Source: Trichormus sp. ATA11-4-KO1
Lineage (GTDB): Bacteria; Cyanobacteriota; Cyanobacteriia; Cyanobacteriales; Nostocaceae
DNA: 64,000 nt
Assembly (NCBI GenBank): GCA_019358915.1
Contig: JAHHIM010000005.1
Location: 112,111-176,110 of the forward strand
Direction of reading: 5' to 3'
The notes under the pieces are model-generated. The model saw only the letters and a list, made by a program, of their open reading frames with translations, did not search any database and was not told the origin of the DNA. The position numbers and the translations under genes are program-made. Shown one piece after another: positions 10,778-21,384 of this stretch (position 1 is its first letter; each line of letters starts with the position of its first letter).

Positions 10778-10988
10778 GATTTTGTTATGGTAAAAACCAC
10801 AATCGCACATAGTTTCTCAATCTTAGCTGAGGCTCAGGGAAATGCTCTGTGGCGGAGTATAAACAGCAGTGGCAACTCAATCCGATTATTCCATGACTTC
10901 GTGTGAAAGGTTGATCCACTTCATTATATTCCATGTATATAACCCAAGTTGCGGGTTATAAAATTCTGAATGCTTCGTAAGGGTTAAT

Positions 10989-11168
10989 TTAGGTAAATGC
11001 ACATGAAAAGTTGACGGTTGCATTCTGTTGAAACTTACCGCCTATGCATCCATCGGAATCTACGGAAGAGATAGGGAAGTAGGCTGGAATTATTGCAGGG
11101 TTGGTAAGCGCATCAAAAATGCTACTGACAGGAGCATTAATGACGACGGACTTGTCGATTGAGAGCAC
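10989..11168 (-). pseudogene. SRPBCC/AHSA1-like gene cassette, 3'-truncated
   Basis: GTG start after AAGGAA, immediately past the attC R' box; MLSIDKSVVINAPVSSIFDALTNPAIIPAYF. Confidence 0.65.
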
Positions 11169-11186
11169 AGTTTCTTTTCCTTTGGA

Positions 11187-11274
11187 GGCTAACGTTGATG
11201 TTCAGCGGTTGCAAATCAAATCTTGCTGCATCACGAGCAAAAACCGACAATCCGCTGCAACAGCGTTGTTGTGC
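11187..11274 (-). other. integron attC recombination site
   Basis: Minus strand GCACAAC-AACGC-TGTTGCAGCGG...CCGCTGAACA-TCAAC-GTTAGCC: R''/R' cores, unpaired spacers, paired L boxes with one extrahelical base. Confidence 0.85.
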
Positions 11275-11285
11275 TGCTGCCAACA

Positions 11286-11399
11286 TCATAGATATTCAAG
11301 TTTTACATACACCTCTGTTGGGTGAAAAATGACATAGGAGATATTCCATTGGCGAAACCCTAAACTCTGATACAACCTTGCAGCTATTTCATTATATTT
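11286..11399 (-). pseudogene. 3' remnant of a GNAT acetyltransferase cassette
   Basis: [15 protein letters not shown] (GNAT motif B), stop codon just before the attC. Confidence 0.6.
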
Positions 11400-12048
11400 A
11401 CCAACCGTTTTGACAAAAGATGAAGTTTTAGCAATTATTCAAAAATTATCTGGCGTGTATCAACTTTTAATTAAGTTACTTTATGGCACAGGATTACGCT
11501 TAACTGAAGGACTGAGTTTAAGAATTAAAGATGTTGATTTTGCCCAAAATCAAATTATTGTGCGCGATACAAAGGGAAATGAGAGTCGGGTGACTATGTT
11601 ACCTGAAAGTATTGCTGAAGAACTAAAGATTCATTTACAAAGTGTTAAAATTCTACATCAACAAGATTTACAAACAGGCTATGGTTCGGTTTATCTGCCT
11701 TTTTCATTAGAAAGAAAATATCCGAGAGCAAAGTATGATTGGATTTGGCAGTTTGTTTTCCCTTCTGCTAGCATTTCTAAAGATCCACGCAGTGGGGAAC
11801 TACGTCGCCATCATTTACACGAGAGTAGTTTACAAAAATCATTAAAACAAGCGGTTCGTCAAGCTGGTATTCAAAAAAAGGTGGGTTGTCATACATTTCG
11901 CCACAGTTTTGCTACCCATTTACTGCAAAATGGTTATGACATCCGCACGGTACAGGAATTATTGGGACACAAGGATGTGAAAACAACGATGATTTATACT
12001 CATGTTCTTAACCGTGGTGGTAAAGCTGTTCGCAGTCCCCTTGATTAA
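11395..12048 (+). pseudogene. intI: integron integrase IntI, lacking the N-terminal domain
   Basis: [18 protein letters not shown], integron-specific insert LERKYP...[45 protein letters not shown]. Confidence 0.92.
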
Positions 12049-12145
12049 TCAAAATTTGTCATTAATGGGCAATCTTGAAAGACTAATCACTACTTATCTA
12101 AATGGGTTATAGCACGCGAAAATATCCGGTCTTTAGCTTGGTAAT

Positions 12146-14335
12146 TTACTCGACAACAGAATAATGAGAGACTTGTGTTTCCTGTTTTTCCACTGATAAT
12201 GTACTTATGGGAACTAGCTGCACTGCACAAGCTTTTAATTCTGGTTGCAGAGAATCAGGACAAGATTCGGGATGAGTCAGGGCGTTAGCTTCGGCATTAT
12301 CCGCCCAAAGTGACCCCCAGTGCATAGGGACAAATACTGTACCAGGAGCGATCGCTCTGGTAATTCTAGCCGGAAACTTGGCTTGACCCCGCCGCGATCG
12401 CACGTCCACTAACTGATTATCAGTAATACCTAACTTAGCCGCATCACGGGGATGAATTTCGATAAAAGGTTCCGGGTGCATTTTACGAATTTTCTCAATG
12501 CGACCAGTACGTGTCTGCGTATGCCAATGTCCGTAAAGTCTGCCATTAGTCATGACAAAAGGAAAATTGGGGTCAGGTGGTTCAGCCAAGCCTTTAGAAT
12601 AATACGCCCCAAATCGCGCCCGACCGTCAGGAGTATGGAACCGTAAATCTGTATATAGGCGTTTAGATTCTCCACTCCCCACCCTGGAATGAGGCCATTG
12701 TGTGGGGCCTTGAATCTGCAATTGTTCATGACTCATACCAGACATATCGCAGGGGCGATCGCCTGTCAATTGGACGAATTCTGCGAAAACTTGAGATGAG
12801 TTGGTAAAGGCAAATTCTTTGGCAAAACCCAATCTGCGCCCTACTTCAGCAAAAATTTCCCAATCGGCTTTTGCTTCTCTTGGTGGTTGGCGGAATGCTT
12901 GACACAAGGTGATCGTTCTTTCAGAATTAGTCATTACGCCTGTTTTTTCACCCCATTGGGCAGCAGGTAAAACAACATGGGCGTAAGCAGAGGTTTCTGT
13001 AGGGTAATATGCGTCTTGATAAATTGTCAAAGGCGATCGCAATAAGGCTTTTTTGGTTCTTTCCAAATCTGGCATACTCACAGCCGGGTTTGTGGCTGCA
13101 ATCCAGAGTAAACCTACAGCGTCATTTTCCAAACCAGTAATCATATCCCATGCCGTTAAACCGGGATACGGAGAAATTTGTCCTCGTGGTAATCCCCAAA
13201 AATCTTCCACTTCGGCGCGGTGTTGGGGATTTTTCACCGAACGATATCCAGGTAATAAATGTGATAACCCTCCGGCTTCTCTACCTCCCATGGCATTGGG
13301 TTGACCTGTGAGAGAAAAAGGCCCCGCACCCGGTTTGCCAATTTGTGCAGTCATCAAATGCAGATTAATAATACTTCTGACCTTGGCTGTCCCTTCACTG
13401 GACTGATTGACACCCATCGACCATAGAGACAGCACCCGTTGAGATTCACCCCAGTACTTAGCTGCTGTTTCTAAATCTGCAATACTAATCCCACATTGAT
13501 TAGCGACAACTTCCGGGGAATAATGGCGAATTACTTCCGCATATTCGGAAAAATTACTGGTGCAATCATCAATGAAGCCCACATCAATGAGTTGCCAACG
13601 CATTAATAAATGAGCAATACCATTTAATAAATCGATATCTGTACCGGGACGAATCGCTAAATGTAAATCAGCCGCTTCTGCGGTGGCTGTCCTTCGAGGG
13701 TCAACCACAACCATTTTGACTTTACGATTTTTTTTATGATATTTCGCCAATCTATTAAAAACAATTGGGTGACATTCTGCCGTATTCGTCCCAATTAAAA
13801 AAGCACAATCTGTGATTTCTAAATCTTCATAACAACAAGGAGGGCCATCAGCACCAAAGCTTTGAATGTACCCAGCCACAGCACTAGACATACATAACCG
13901 GGAATTGGCATCAAAATTATTAGTACCCAGACATCCTTTAAGTAGTTTTTGGGCTGTGTAGTAATCTTCTGTTTGGAACTGACCAGAACCATACATACAA
14001 ATAGCTTCTGGCCCTTGGGTATGGCAGACTGTTTGGATGCGCTGTGTAATTAAATCAAAAGCTTCATCCCAACTCACCCGGCGAAACTCTTGATCTAGAG
14101 AGTCTCGCACCATTGGGTAATGTAATCTATTTTTATCTAAAGATTCTGCGATCGTTGCACCCTTAACACACACCATCCCCTGACTTGACGGGTGGTCTTT
14201 ATCACCCCGCACCCGCCAAATCGGATTTCCTTGGCTATCTCTATTAGTTGGTTTAGCAGGTTGCGCTGGCGGTGAAACTTCCAATCCACAGCCAACACCA
14301 CAGTAGGGACATAAGGTTTTGGTAAATTCACTCAT
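12146..14335 (-). CDS. narB: ferredoxin-dependent nitrate reductase
   Basis: [33 protein letters not shown], molybdopterin dinucleotide-binding C-terminus; last gene of the nir operon. Confidence 0.97.
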   Translation of the reverse strand: MSEFTKTLCPYCGVGCGLEVSPPAQPAKPTNRDSQGNPIWRVRGDKDHPSSQGMVCVKGATIAESLDKNRLHYPMVRDSLDQEFRRVSWDEAFDLITQRIQTVCHTQGPEAICMYGSGQFQTEDYYTAQKLLKGCLGTNNFDANSRLCMSSAVAGYIQSFGADGPPCCYEDLEITDCAFLIGTNTAECHPIVFNRLAKYHKKNRKVKMVVVDPRRTATAEAADLHLAIRPGTDIDLLNGIAHLLMRWQLIDVGFIDDCTSNFSEYAEVIRHYSPEVVANQCGISIADLETAAKYWGESQRVLSLWSMGVNQSSEGTAKVRSIINLHLMTAQIGKPGAGPFSLTGQPNAMGGREAGGLSHLLPGYRSVKNPQHRAEVEDFWGLPRGQISPYPGLTAWDMITGLENDAVGLLWIAATNPAVSMPDLERTKKALLRSPLTIYQDAYYPTETSAYAHVVLPAAQWGEKTGVMTNSERTITLCQAFRQPPREAKADWEIFAEVGRRLGFAKEFAFTNSSQVFAEFVQLTGDRPCDMSGMSHEQLQIQGPTQWPHSRVGSGESKRLYTDLRFHTPDGRARFGAYYSKGLAEPPDPNFPFVMTNGRLYGHWHTQTRTGRIEKIRKMHPEPFIEIHPRDAAKLGITDNQLVDVRSRRGQAKFPARITRAIAPGTVFVPMHWGSLWADNAEANALTHPESCPDSLQPELKACAVQLVPISTLSVEKQETQVSHYSVVE

Positions 14336-14362
14336 GGCAATTAATGGGGAGTAGGGACAAAT

Positions 14363-14432
14363 TAATTCAAAATTCAAAATTCAAAATTTTTCAGTACAGG
14401 AAATTACGAATTACGAATTACGAATTACGAAT
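14363..14432. repeat. heptamer tandem repeats (AATTCAA)n and (AATTACG)n
   Basis: Direct inspection; AATTACG arrays also near 16008-16039, 18968-19000, 21363-21387 and 23024-23050. Confidence 0.85.
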
Positions 14433-14439
14433 TATTCCC

Positions 14440-15948
14440 TCATCTCTCCCTAACTGGGAACTGTTCCGGTGCTAATTCTGGTGCTTCGCCTTCGTGGTGT
14501 TCGGCAAATGAGCCTTTGGGTTCTTTGAGAAGAAAAGCGCACAAGAAGGTGACTATTAGTGCGGTAACACCGAGGGTCTGGAAGAAGATGCGGTTACCAA
14601 TATCACCTGCTGGTAACAAACTATATAGGGTGAGATAGGCTACGGCTCCAACGTTACCGTAAGCACCAACGTTACCGGCAATCTGTCCGGTAATGCGCCG
14701 CTTGACTAAAGGCACGATCGCATAAGTGGAACCTTCGCCGGCTTGGACGAAAAATGAACAAGCCATTGTCAGTATAATTGCTAGAGGCAACCACCAATTA
14801 CTACTTACACCACTCATGAATAAATAAGCAATACCCATGCCACCTGTAAGTACGGTCATTGTCCATTTGCGACTGCCGACTGTATCCGAAACCCAACCAC
14901 CACCGGGACGGGCAAATAAGTTCATGAAGGCGAAACTAGCGGCAATCATGCCGGCTAAGACTTTGCTGAGGCTGAAGGTTGACTCGAAAAATGCCGGTAG
15001 CATGGAAACTACTGCTAGTTCTGAACCAAAGTTGACGAAGTAAGTTAGTTCTAAGATTGCTACTTGGGAAAACTCATAGCGGTCTTGGGGAGCATAATGT
15101 TTTTTGCCGCTCATCAAATCTTGGTTGACATGCCAGCATTTATATGCTTGGAATGCGTACAAACCAACTAATAGTAGGTAGACGATGAATAGTTGAGTTT
15201 GACTAAGTAAGCCAATTTGAGCAATCCGCCAAGCTAGTACGCCTAAGATACCAACTAAGGGAATATTACTCAACATCAACAGCCAAAAGCTTCTTTTACT
15301 GGTGACTTCTATACCACCGTGGCGGGAAGGTCGCTGATAAACTTTACCGGAGGGTGTATCTTGGACATTGAAGAAATAAATCGCTCCATAGATGGCGGCG
15401 ATGATCCCAGTTAAGGCGATCGCTAGTCGCCAGTTAATTTGACCTGCTGTAAAAACTGCGGCTGCTGTGGCTAATGTGGGTAGAGTAAAGGCCGCAGCTG
15501 CTGAACCAAAATTTCCCCAACCACCATAAATTCCTTCGGCGATACCAATTTCTTTGGGGGGAAACCATTCAGCAACCATCCGGATACCAATGACAAAACC
15601 AGCACCGACGATACTTAATGCTAGGCGGCTGATGACTAACTGGCTGAAGTTTTGTGCGAATGCAAAGGCGAGACAAGGAATCGCCGCATACATGAGTAGC
15701 AGGGAATAGGTAATGCGTGGCCCGTATTTATCTAAAACCATGCCAATGATGATCCGGGCTGGTACCGTGAGGGCGACGTTACAAATAGCGATGGTTCTAA
15801 CTTGGGCTACACTCAAGCCTAGTGCTTCTTGAATAGCAGTTTGAAATGGGGCAAAGTTAAACCACACTACAAATGAAAGGAAGAATGCAAACCAAGTCAA
15901 ATGTAGTATGCGGTAGCGACCGTTGAATGAAAGTAAGCCTGAAATCAT
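14440..15948 (-). CDS. nrtP: MFS nitrate/nitrite permease NrtP
   Basis: LHLTWFAFF, GIYGGWGNFG nitrate signature, FGSELAVVSMLP; about 12 TM segments. Confidence 0.93.
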   Translation of the reverse strand: MISGLLSFNGRYRILHLTWFAFFLSFVVWFNFAPFQTAIQEALGLSVAQVRTIAICNVALTVPARIIIGMVLDKYGPRITYSLLLMYAAIPCLAFAFAQNFSQLVISRLALSIVGAGFVIGIRMVAEWFPPKEIGIAEGIYGGWGNFGSAAAAFTLPTLATAAAVFTAGQINWRLAIALTGIIAAIYGAIYFFNVQDTPSGKVYQRPSRHGGIEVTSKRSFWLLMLSNIPLVGILGVLAWRIAQIGLLSQTQLFIVYLLLVGLYAFQAYKCWHVNQDLMSGKKHYAPQDRYEFSQVAILELTYFVNFGSELAVVSMLPAFFESTFSLSKVLAGMIAASFAFMNLFARPGGGWVSDTVGSRKWTMTVLTGGMGIAYLFMSGVSSNWWLPLAIILTMACSFFVQAGEGSTYAIVPLVKRRITGQIAGNVGAYGNVGAVAYLTLYSLLPAGDIGNRIFFQTLGVTALIVTFLCAFLLKEPKGSFAEHHEGEAPELAPEQFPVRER

Positions 15949-16037
15949 TTAATATTCCTTTGTCAAAATTTGCAAACTACGTACAGCCTGGCGGCATCCG
16001 TAGGCTCTATTACGAATTACGAATTACGAATTACGAA

Positions 16038-16868
16038 TTATTCTGCGTGGGCGCATCGGCGATAGAGGAAGTCTAGGGCGTAGTTCCGTAGGTTGTAATA
16101 TTCGGGGTCTTCCATGATTTGGCGGCGATTACGGGGACGGGAGAAGGGTATATTTAGGACTTCGCCGATGTTGGCGGCTGGGCCGTTGGTCATCATGACG
16201 AGTCGGTCTGCGAGGAATAGTGCTTCATCAATGTCATGGGTGATCATTAAAACGGTGACTTGATGTTCTTGCCAGATTTGTAGTAGTTCTTCTTGCAATT
16301 CTTCTTTGGTGATGGCATCTAATGCACCGAAGGGTTCATCTAAAATCAATACTTGGGGACGTATGGATAAGGCGCGGGCGATCGCCACTCGTTGTTTCAT
16401 CCCCCCAGAAATCTGATGAGGTTTTTTGTCTGCGGCTTCGGTGAGTCCTACCATTGCTAGGTGTTCTCTGGCGATCGCTCTTTTTTCAGCTTTGGTTTTT
16501 TGGGGAAATACCGTATCTACAGCTAGATAAACGTTGTCAAATACACTCAGCCACGGTAGTAAGCAGTAGTTTTGGAATACCATCATCCTGTCTGGGCCGG
16601 GTTCTGTGATGGGTTTATCTTGCAGTAGCACAACGCCATCAGTGGGCGTATTAAATCCCGAAATCATGTTCAGTAGAGTTGATTTACCGCAGCCTGAGTG
16701 ACCAATAATGCAAACAAATTCACCTTCTTGAACTTTGAGATCAATGCCATCGATTACGGTGTAAGGCCCCTCGGAAGTTGGGTAAATCTTGCTGACACCA
16801 TCAATTACTAAAAAGTTATCTGCTTTTTGGAGTTGGTTTGTTTGGGTATTTTTGTTGACTAATTGCAT
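16038..16868 (-). CDS. nrtD: nitrate ABC transporter ATPase
   Basis: GHSGCGKS, ISGGMKQR, LDEPF; position in operon. Confidence 0.95.
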   Translation of the reverse strand: MQLVNKNTQTNQLQKADNFLVIDGVSKIYPTSEGPYTVIDGIDLKVQEGEFVCIIGHSGCGKSTLLNMISGFNTPTDGVVLLQDKPITEPGPDRMMVFQNYCLLPWLSVFDNVYLAVDTVFPQKTKAEKRAIAREHLAMVGLTEAADKKPHQISGGMKQRVAIARALSIRPQVLILDEPFGALDAITKEELQEELLQIWQEHQVTVLMITHDIDEALFLADRLVMMTNGPAANIGEVLNIPFSRPRNRRQIMEDPEYYNLRNYALDFLYRRCAHAE

Positions 16869-16979
16869 GGTTTAAGTTTTGGTAATAAGTATTTTGATAA
16901 ATTAACCACAGAGACACAGAGAACACAGAGAAATGATGTCTTATATTCTTTCTTTGCGCCTTTGCGTCTTTGCGTGAAA

Positions 16980-18962
16980 TTAAATCAACACCTCTTCAAT
17001 GCGAATCTGCCTTTTAATTTCCAAACTTTTCAGATACTCAATTGGTTCAGAAGAATTAAAAACCTTGCCATCAAATAAATGAATCGGATCATCCCAACCG
17101 ATATCCAACAAACCCAAATCCCTCGCCGCCGCACCAAAGACATCTGTACGACAAACGCGTTCAATCACTTCCACCCAATTTTTAGGAAAGGGTACTAAGT
17201 CCCAACGTGCTAGTTGAGTTACCATCCACAAAAGTTCTGTGCGGTTGGGATAGTTAGTTTTGTTGAGATAAAACTGGTTATATGCTGTGAGTTCTTCTGG
17301 TTGAGTACCATCGCCGCGATCATAGGGGTCAATGAAACCAGGACGAACATATATCGGATTTACATCCAAATATTCAGAACGACAAATTATCTCTAAAATT
17401 TCTTCGCGGTTGCGGAGTTCATCGCAGTATTGGCAGGCTTCTATCAGTGCTTTCACTAAAGCAAGATAAGTTTCTGGGTACTTTTGCGCCCAATCTTCAC
17501 GCACTCCGAGAACTTTTTTCGGCTGTCCTGACCAAATTTCTAAGGCGGTGGCGGCGACAAAACCGAAGCCTTCATGCACGGCTATGTAATTCCAAGGTTC
17601 TCCTGCACAGTAACCGTCAATGTTACCGGCTTTAAGCTGAGAAACCATTTCCATTGGGGGAATCACACTCAAACTGACATCTCTATCAGGGTTAATCCCG
17701 CCAGCCGCTAACCAATAACGCAGAATTAAGTTCTGCATGGATGTGGGATGACTGACTCCTAAGGTGAGAACTTGGTCGGGATATTCATTAATTACCGCTT
17801 TTAAGTCGGCCGGGTTTCTCACACCTTGGTTGTATAATTTTTTGCTTAAGGTAATGGCGTTAGCATTGCGGGAGAGATTTAAGGCGTTAACTATACAAAT
17901 CGGTGTTTTTCCACCAGCACCCAAAGTCATAGCTAAGGGCATTCCCGCCAACATTTGGGCTGCATCTAATTTGCCTGTAGCTACACCTTTGGCGATTTCG
18001 TTCCAACTGCCGGCACGGTTGAGGGTAATATTTTCTAACCCGTATTTAGCAAAGAAGCCTTTTTCTTTCGCCACTATTAACGGTGCAGCATCAGTTAAAG
18101 GCATAAAGCCAAGTTCTAAATTGACTTTTTCTAAACCAGATTTAACTACTGGTGCAGAAATTTGTTGTGCTTTGCGTTTCTTGGCTTGCTTTTGTTGGTT
18201 GAGGAAATAAATCATTTCATTCCGCAGATTGTAGTAACTGGGATGTTTGACTACTTCCAAACGTTCACGAGGACGGGGAATTGGTACTTCGAGGATTTGC
18301 CCGATGTGCGCTTCTGGCCCATTGGTCAGCATCACCACGCGATCGCTTAACAATAATGCCTCATCTACATCGTGTGTCACCATCACACAGGTAACATTGT
18401 GTTCATTGCAGATTTTCATCAATTGAGCCTGCAAACTCCCTCTGGTTAAAGCATCCAACGCCCCAAACGGTTCATCTAATAGCAACAACTTCGGACGAGT
18501 AGCCAAAGCGCGGGCGATCGCTACCCGTTGTTTCATCCCCCCAGATAACTCATGAGGACGTTTATTCGCTGCTAGGCGCAGTCCCACCATGTCCATATGT
18601 TCTTCAATAATGCTCCGGCGCTGACCTTTAGGTTCATTTTTATAGACCTCATCCACAGCTAAGGCAATGTTTTCTCGCACTGTTAACCAAGGTAGCAACG
18701 AGTAGTTTTGAAACACTACCATTCTGTCTGGACCAGGTTCTCTGATTTCCCGACCTTCCAAAGTCACCCCACCAACACTAGCTTGATCTAAACCAGCAAT
18801 GATATTCAGTAAAGTAGATTTACCACAACCAGAATGTCCAATTAAAGAAACAAACTCCCCTTCTCTGATTTTTAATTCAATATTCTTTAGGGCGATATAC
18901 TTGCCACCATTCGGCAAATCAAATACACGATCAACGTGATCAATTTCAACAAAAGTAACCAT
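16980..18962 (-). CDS. nrtC: nitrate ABC transporter ATPase with C-terminal NrtA-like regulatory domain
   Basis: ABC motifs followed by an LGFMPLTDAAPL substrate-binding-like domain. Confidence 0.95.
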   Translation of the reverse strand: MVTFVEIDHVDRVFDLPNGGKYIALKNIELKIREGEFVSLIGHSGCGKSTLLNIIAGLDQASVGGVTLEGREIREPGPDRMVVFQNYSLLPWLTVRENIALAVDEVYKNEPKGQRRSIIEEHMDMVGLRLAANKRPHELSGGMKQRVAIARALATRPKLLLLDEPFGALDALTRGSLQAQLMKICNEHNVTCVMVTHDVDEALLLSDRVVMLTNGPEAHIGQILEVPIPRPRERLEVVKHPSYYNLRNEMIYFLNQQKQAKKRKAQQISAPVVKSGLEKVNLELGFMPLTDAAPLIVAKEKGFFAKYGLENITLNRAGSWNEIAKGVATGKLDAAQMLAGMPLAMTLGAGGKTPICIVNALNLSRNANAITLSKKLYNQGVRNPADLKAVINEYPDQVLTLGVSHPTSMQNLILRYWLAAGGINPDRDVSLSVIPPMEMVSQLKAGNIDGYCAGEPWNYIAVHEGFGFVAATALEIWSGQPKKVLGVREDWAQKYPETYLALVKALIEACQYCDELRNREEILEIICRSEYLDVNPIYVRPGFIDPYDRGDGTQPEELTAYNQFYLNKTNYPNRTELLWMVTQLARWDLVPFPKNWVEVIERVCRTDVFGAAARDLGLLDIGWDDPIHLFDGKVFNSSEPIEYLKSLEIKRQIRIEEVLI

Positions 18963-19029
18963 TTTATTAATTCGTAGTTCGTAATTCGTAATTCGTAATT
19001 AGGATATATTTTTTCCTAATCTCCAGTTC

Positions 19030-19869
19030 CTATTTTTGTTCTGCAACAACTTTACTAGCGATAAAGGCAACCAACTTATCCAACAGCAAACCAACTATCC
19101 CGACATATATAAGTGCCAGAATAATCTCACTCAAATTAGTATCTGTAGTTGTGTTATAGGCATTCCAAATAAAGGAACCAATACCCACACCACCAACTAA
19201 CATTTCTGCCGCCACAATCGCCAACCAAGATAAACCAATGCCAATTCTTAACCCAGTGAATATGTAAGGAACTGTGGCAGGAAAGACAATTTTTAAGAAA
19301 TACTTAACTCCTCTTAACCGCAAAACTCTCGCTACATTGACATAATCTTGGGGAATTTGTTGTACACCTACTGTGGTGTTAATAATAATCGGCCAAATAG
19401 AGGTAATGAAAATCACGAAAATAGCTGAGGGATTCGCCTGTTGAAATGCTGCTAAGGAAATGGGCAACCATGCCAGAGGCGGTACTGTTCGCAATACTTG
19501 AAATAGAGGATCTACAGCATTATACAGGAAGCGATTAGCACCGACTAGAATTCCCACAACAATACCCACAATGGCGGCTAAAGAAAAGCCAATACCAACT
19601 CGTTCTAAGCTGCTAATTATTTGCCAGCCTAGACCTTTATCACTTTCGCCATTATCAAAAAATGGCTGAATAATAAAAGGGTCAAATGTGTCAGTAAAAG
19701 TTTTGCTCGGCCCAGGTAACTGGAAACCAGGCATCAAACTTAGTACTTCCCAAATTACTAAAAAAACAGCTAATGCTACTAGCGGCGGGACAATTTTTCG
19801 CTTAATGAATTTATAAATAGCTTTTTGCGGCTTTTTTCGATTAACACGACTCCCCACAATAGCTGTCAT
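19030..19869 (-). CDS. nrtB: nitrate ABC transporter permease
   Basis: DKGLGWQI, VPPLAWLPI, SWLAIVAAEML. Confidence 0.95.
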   Translation of the reverse strand: MTAIVGSRVNRKKPQKAIYKFIKRKIVPPLVALAVFLVIWEVLSLMPGFQLPGPSKTFTDTFDPFIIQPFFDNGESDKGLGWQIISSLERVGIGFSLAAIVGIVVGILVGANRFLYNAVDPLFQVLRTVPPLAWLPISLAAFQQANPSAIFVIFITSIWPIIINTTVGVQQIPQDYVNVARVLRLRGVKYFLKIVFPATVPYIFTGLRIGIGLSWLAIVAAEMLVGGVGIGSFIWNAYNTTTDTNLSEIILALIYVGIVGLLLDKLVAFIASKVVAEQK

Positions 19870-19925
19870 TTCTGATTTCTCCTGTTGAATTTATTGGATT
19901 ACGCAAGCAGTGATTACAGACTTAA

Positions 19926-21224
19926 TTAGACTTTCTTGATTTTCAAGTTATTTAAATATTCTTCTGGTTTTTCTGGGTCGAATTTGACACCATCAAAGAA
20001 AGTCTCTACTCCGCGAGAAGTACTAGTAGGAATTTGATTATCAGGTACACCAATTGCTTTAGCTGCTTGTTTCCACAAATCTTCTTTATTCACCTGGTTA
20101 ACAACTTCTTGAATTTTGGTATTTTTTGGTAAATAGCCCCAGCGAATATTTTCGGTCAAGAACCAAATATCATGACTCTTGTAAGGGTAGGAAGCGTTAT
20201 TTGCCCAGAATTTCATCCGATATGCGAAGTTTTCTTCTGTGCGTCCGTCACCAAAATCAATATTGCCTTTGGATCTTTCGATAATATCGGTAGCTGCAAC
20301 GTTAAAGTATTTACGTTCCGAGCAGATTTTGCACATTTCTTCGACATTTTCTGGCTGGTCGCACCATTGTTGTGCTTCCAAAACTGCCATCAACATTGCC
20401 TTTGCCGCGTTGGGATTTTGGTTAACCCAATCTTGTCGCATGGCGAAGGCTTTTTCTGGATGATCTTGCCATAATTGGCCTGTGACTAAGGCTGAATAAC
20501 CGATTTTTTGGTTAACTAATTGAGCGTTCCAAGGTTCTCCTACACAAAAGGAATCAATGGTGTTGACTTTCATATTTGCCACCATTTGTGGTGGTGGTAC
20601 AGGTGATAAAACTACATCTTGGTCTGGATTGATACCACCTGCTGCTAACCAGTAGCGCATCCATAAATCGTGTGTACCACCAGGAAAGGTCATACCAAAT
20701 TTCAAGGCGTTTTGTGCGGCTTTGGCTTTAGATGCTGCTTCCTTCAGCGCCTTGCTTTCTAACTGAACATTAAATTCTTTAAATTTATTGGCAACGGAAA
20801 TACCCTGCCCATTGGTATTTAATCGTGCTAAAATATACATTGGCGCTAGATTATTGATGGTCATTAGGTAGGGCATAGGGCTGAGGATGTGTGCCCCATC
20901 AATACCACCACCGGCTGAACCAATTGCTAAATTATCGCGGGTGACAGGCCAGGATGTTTGCTTAATTACCTCGACATCGGTCATGCCATATTTGGCAAAG
21001 ATGCCTTTTTCTTTAGCGATAATTAAAGGAGCAGAGTCAGTTAAGGCGATAAATCCTAACTTAACTTGGGTAGTTTCTACTTTTGGTGCGTTAGTGGCTA
21101 AAGAAACGTTGGTAGCAGTTGTTGTACCCGACTGAGAATTATTTGTACAACCATGAGCCAAAATGGAAGCTGCTGCTGCCGCACCTGCGGTGTAAATGAA
21201 TTTTCTTCTAGGAAAGTTTGTCAT
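19926..21224 (-). CDS. nrtA: nitrate ABC transporter substrate-binding lipoprotein
   Basis: RRKF signal plus HGC lipobox, LGFIALTDSAPL, TFPGGTHDLW, CVGEPW. Confidence 0.95.
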   Translation of the reverse strand: MTNFPRRKFIYTAGAAAAASILAHGCTNNSQSGTTTATNVSLATNAPKVETTQVKLGFIALTDSAPLIIAKEKGIFAKYGMTDVEVIKQTSWPVTRDNLAIGSAGGGIDGAHILSPMPYLMTINNLAPMYILARLNTNGQGISVANKFKEFNVQLESKALKEAASKAKAAQNALKFGMTFPGGTHDLWMRYWLAAGGINPDQDVVLSPVPPPQMVANMKVNTIDSFCVGEPWNAQLVNQKIGYSALVTGQLWQDHPEKAFAMRQDWVNQNPNAAKAMLMAVLEAQQWCDQPENVEEMCKICSERKYFNVAATDIIERSKGNIDFGDGRTEENFAYRMKFWANNASYPYKSHDIWFLTENIRWGYLPKNTKIQEVVNQVNKEDLWKQAAKAIGVPDNQIPTSTSRGVETFFDGVKFDPEKPEEYLNNLKIKKV

Positions 21225-21384
21225 TGGTTTAGTAGTGCTTGATGAATCAAAAGAGAATGCGACAGATGCAGTCCTGTAACTTTGGTAGATTACGACTAAC
21301 GTAATTACGAATTACCTTCGCGCAGCGTTTCCGATAGCGCAGCGTGGCGTAGCCATAGGAAATTTACGAATTACGAATTACGAA

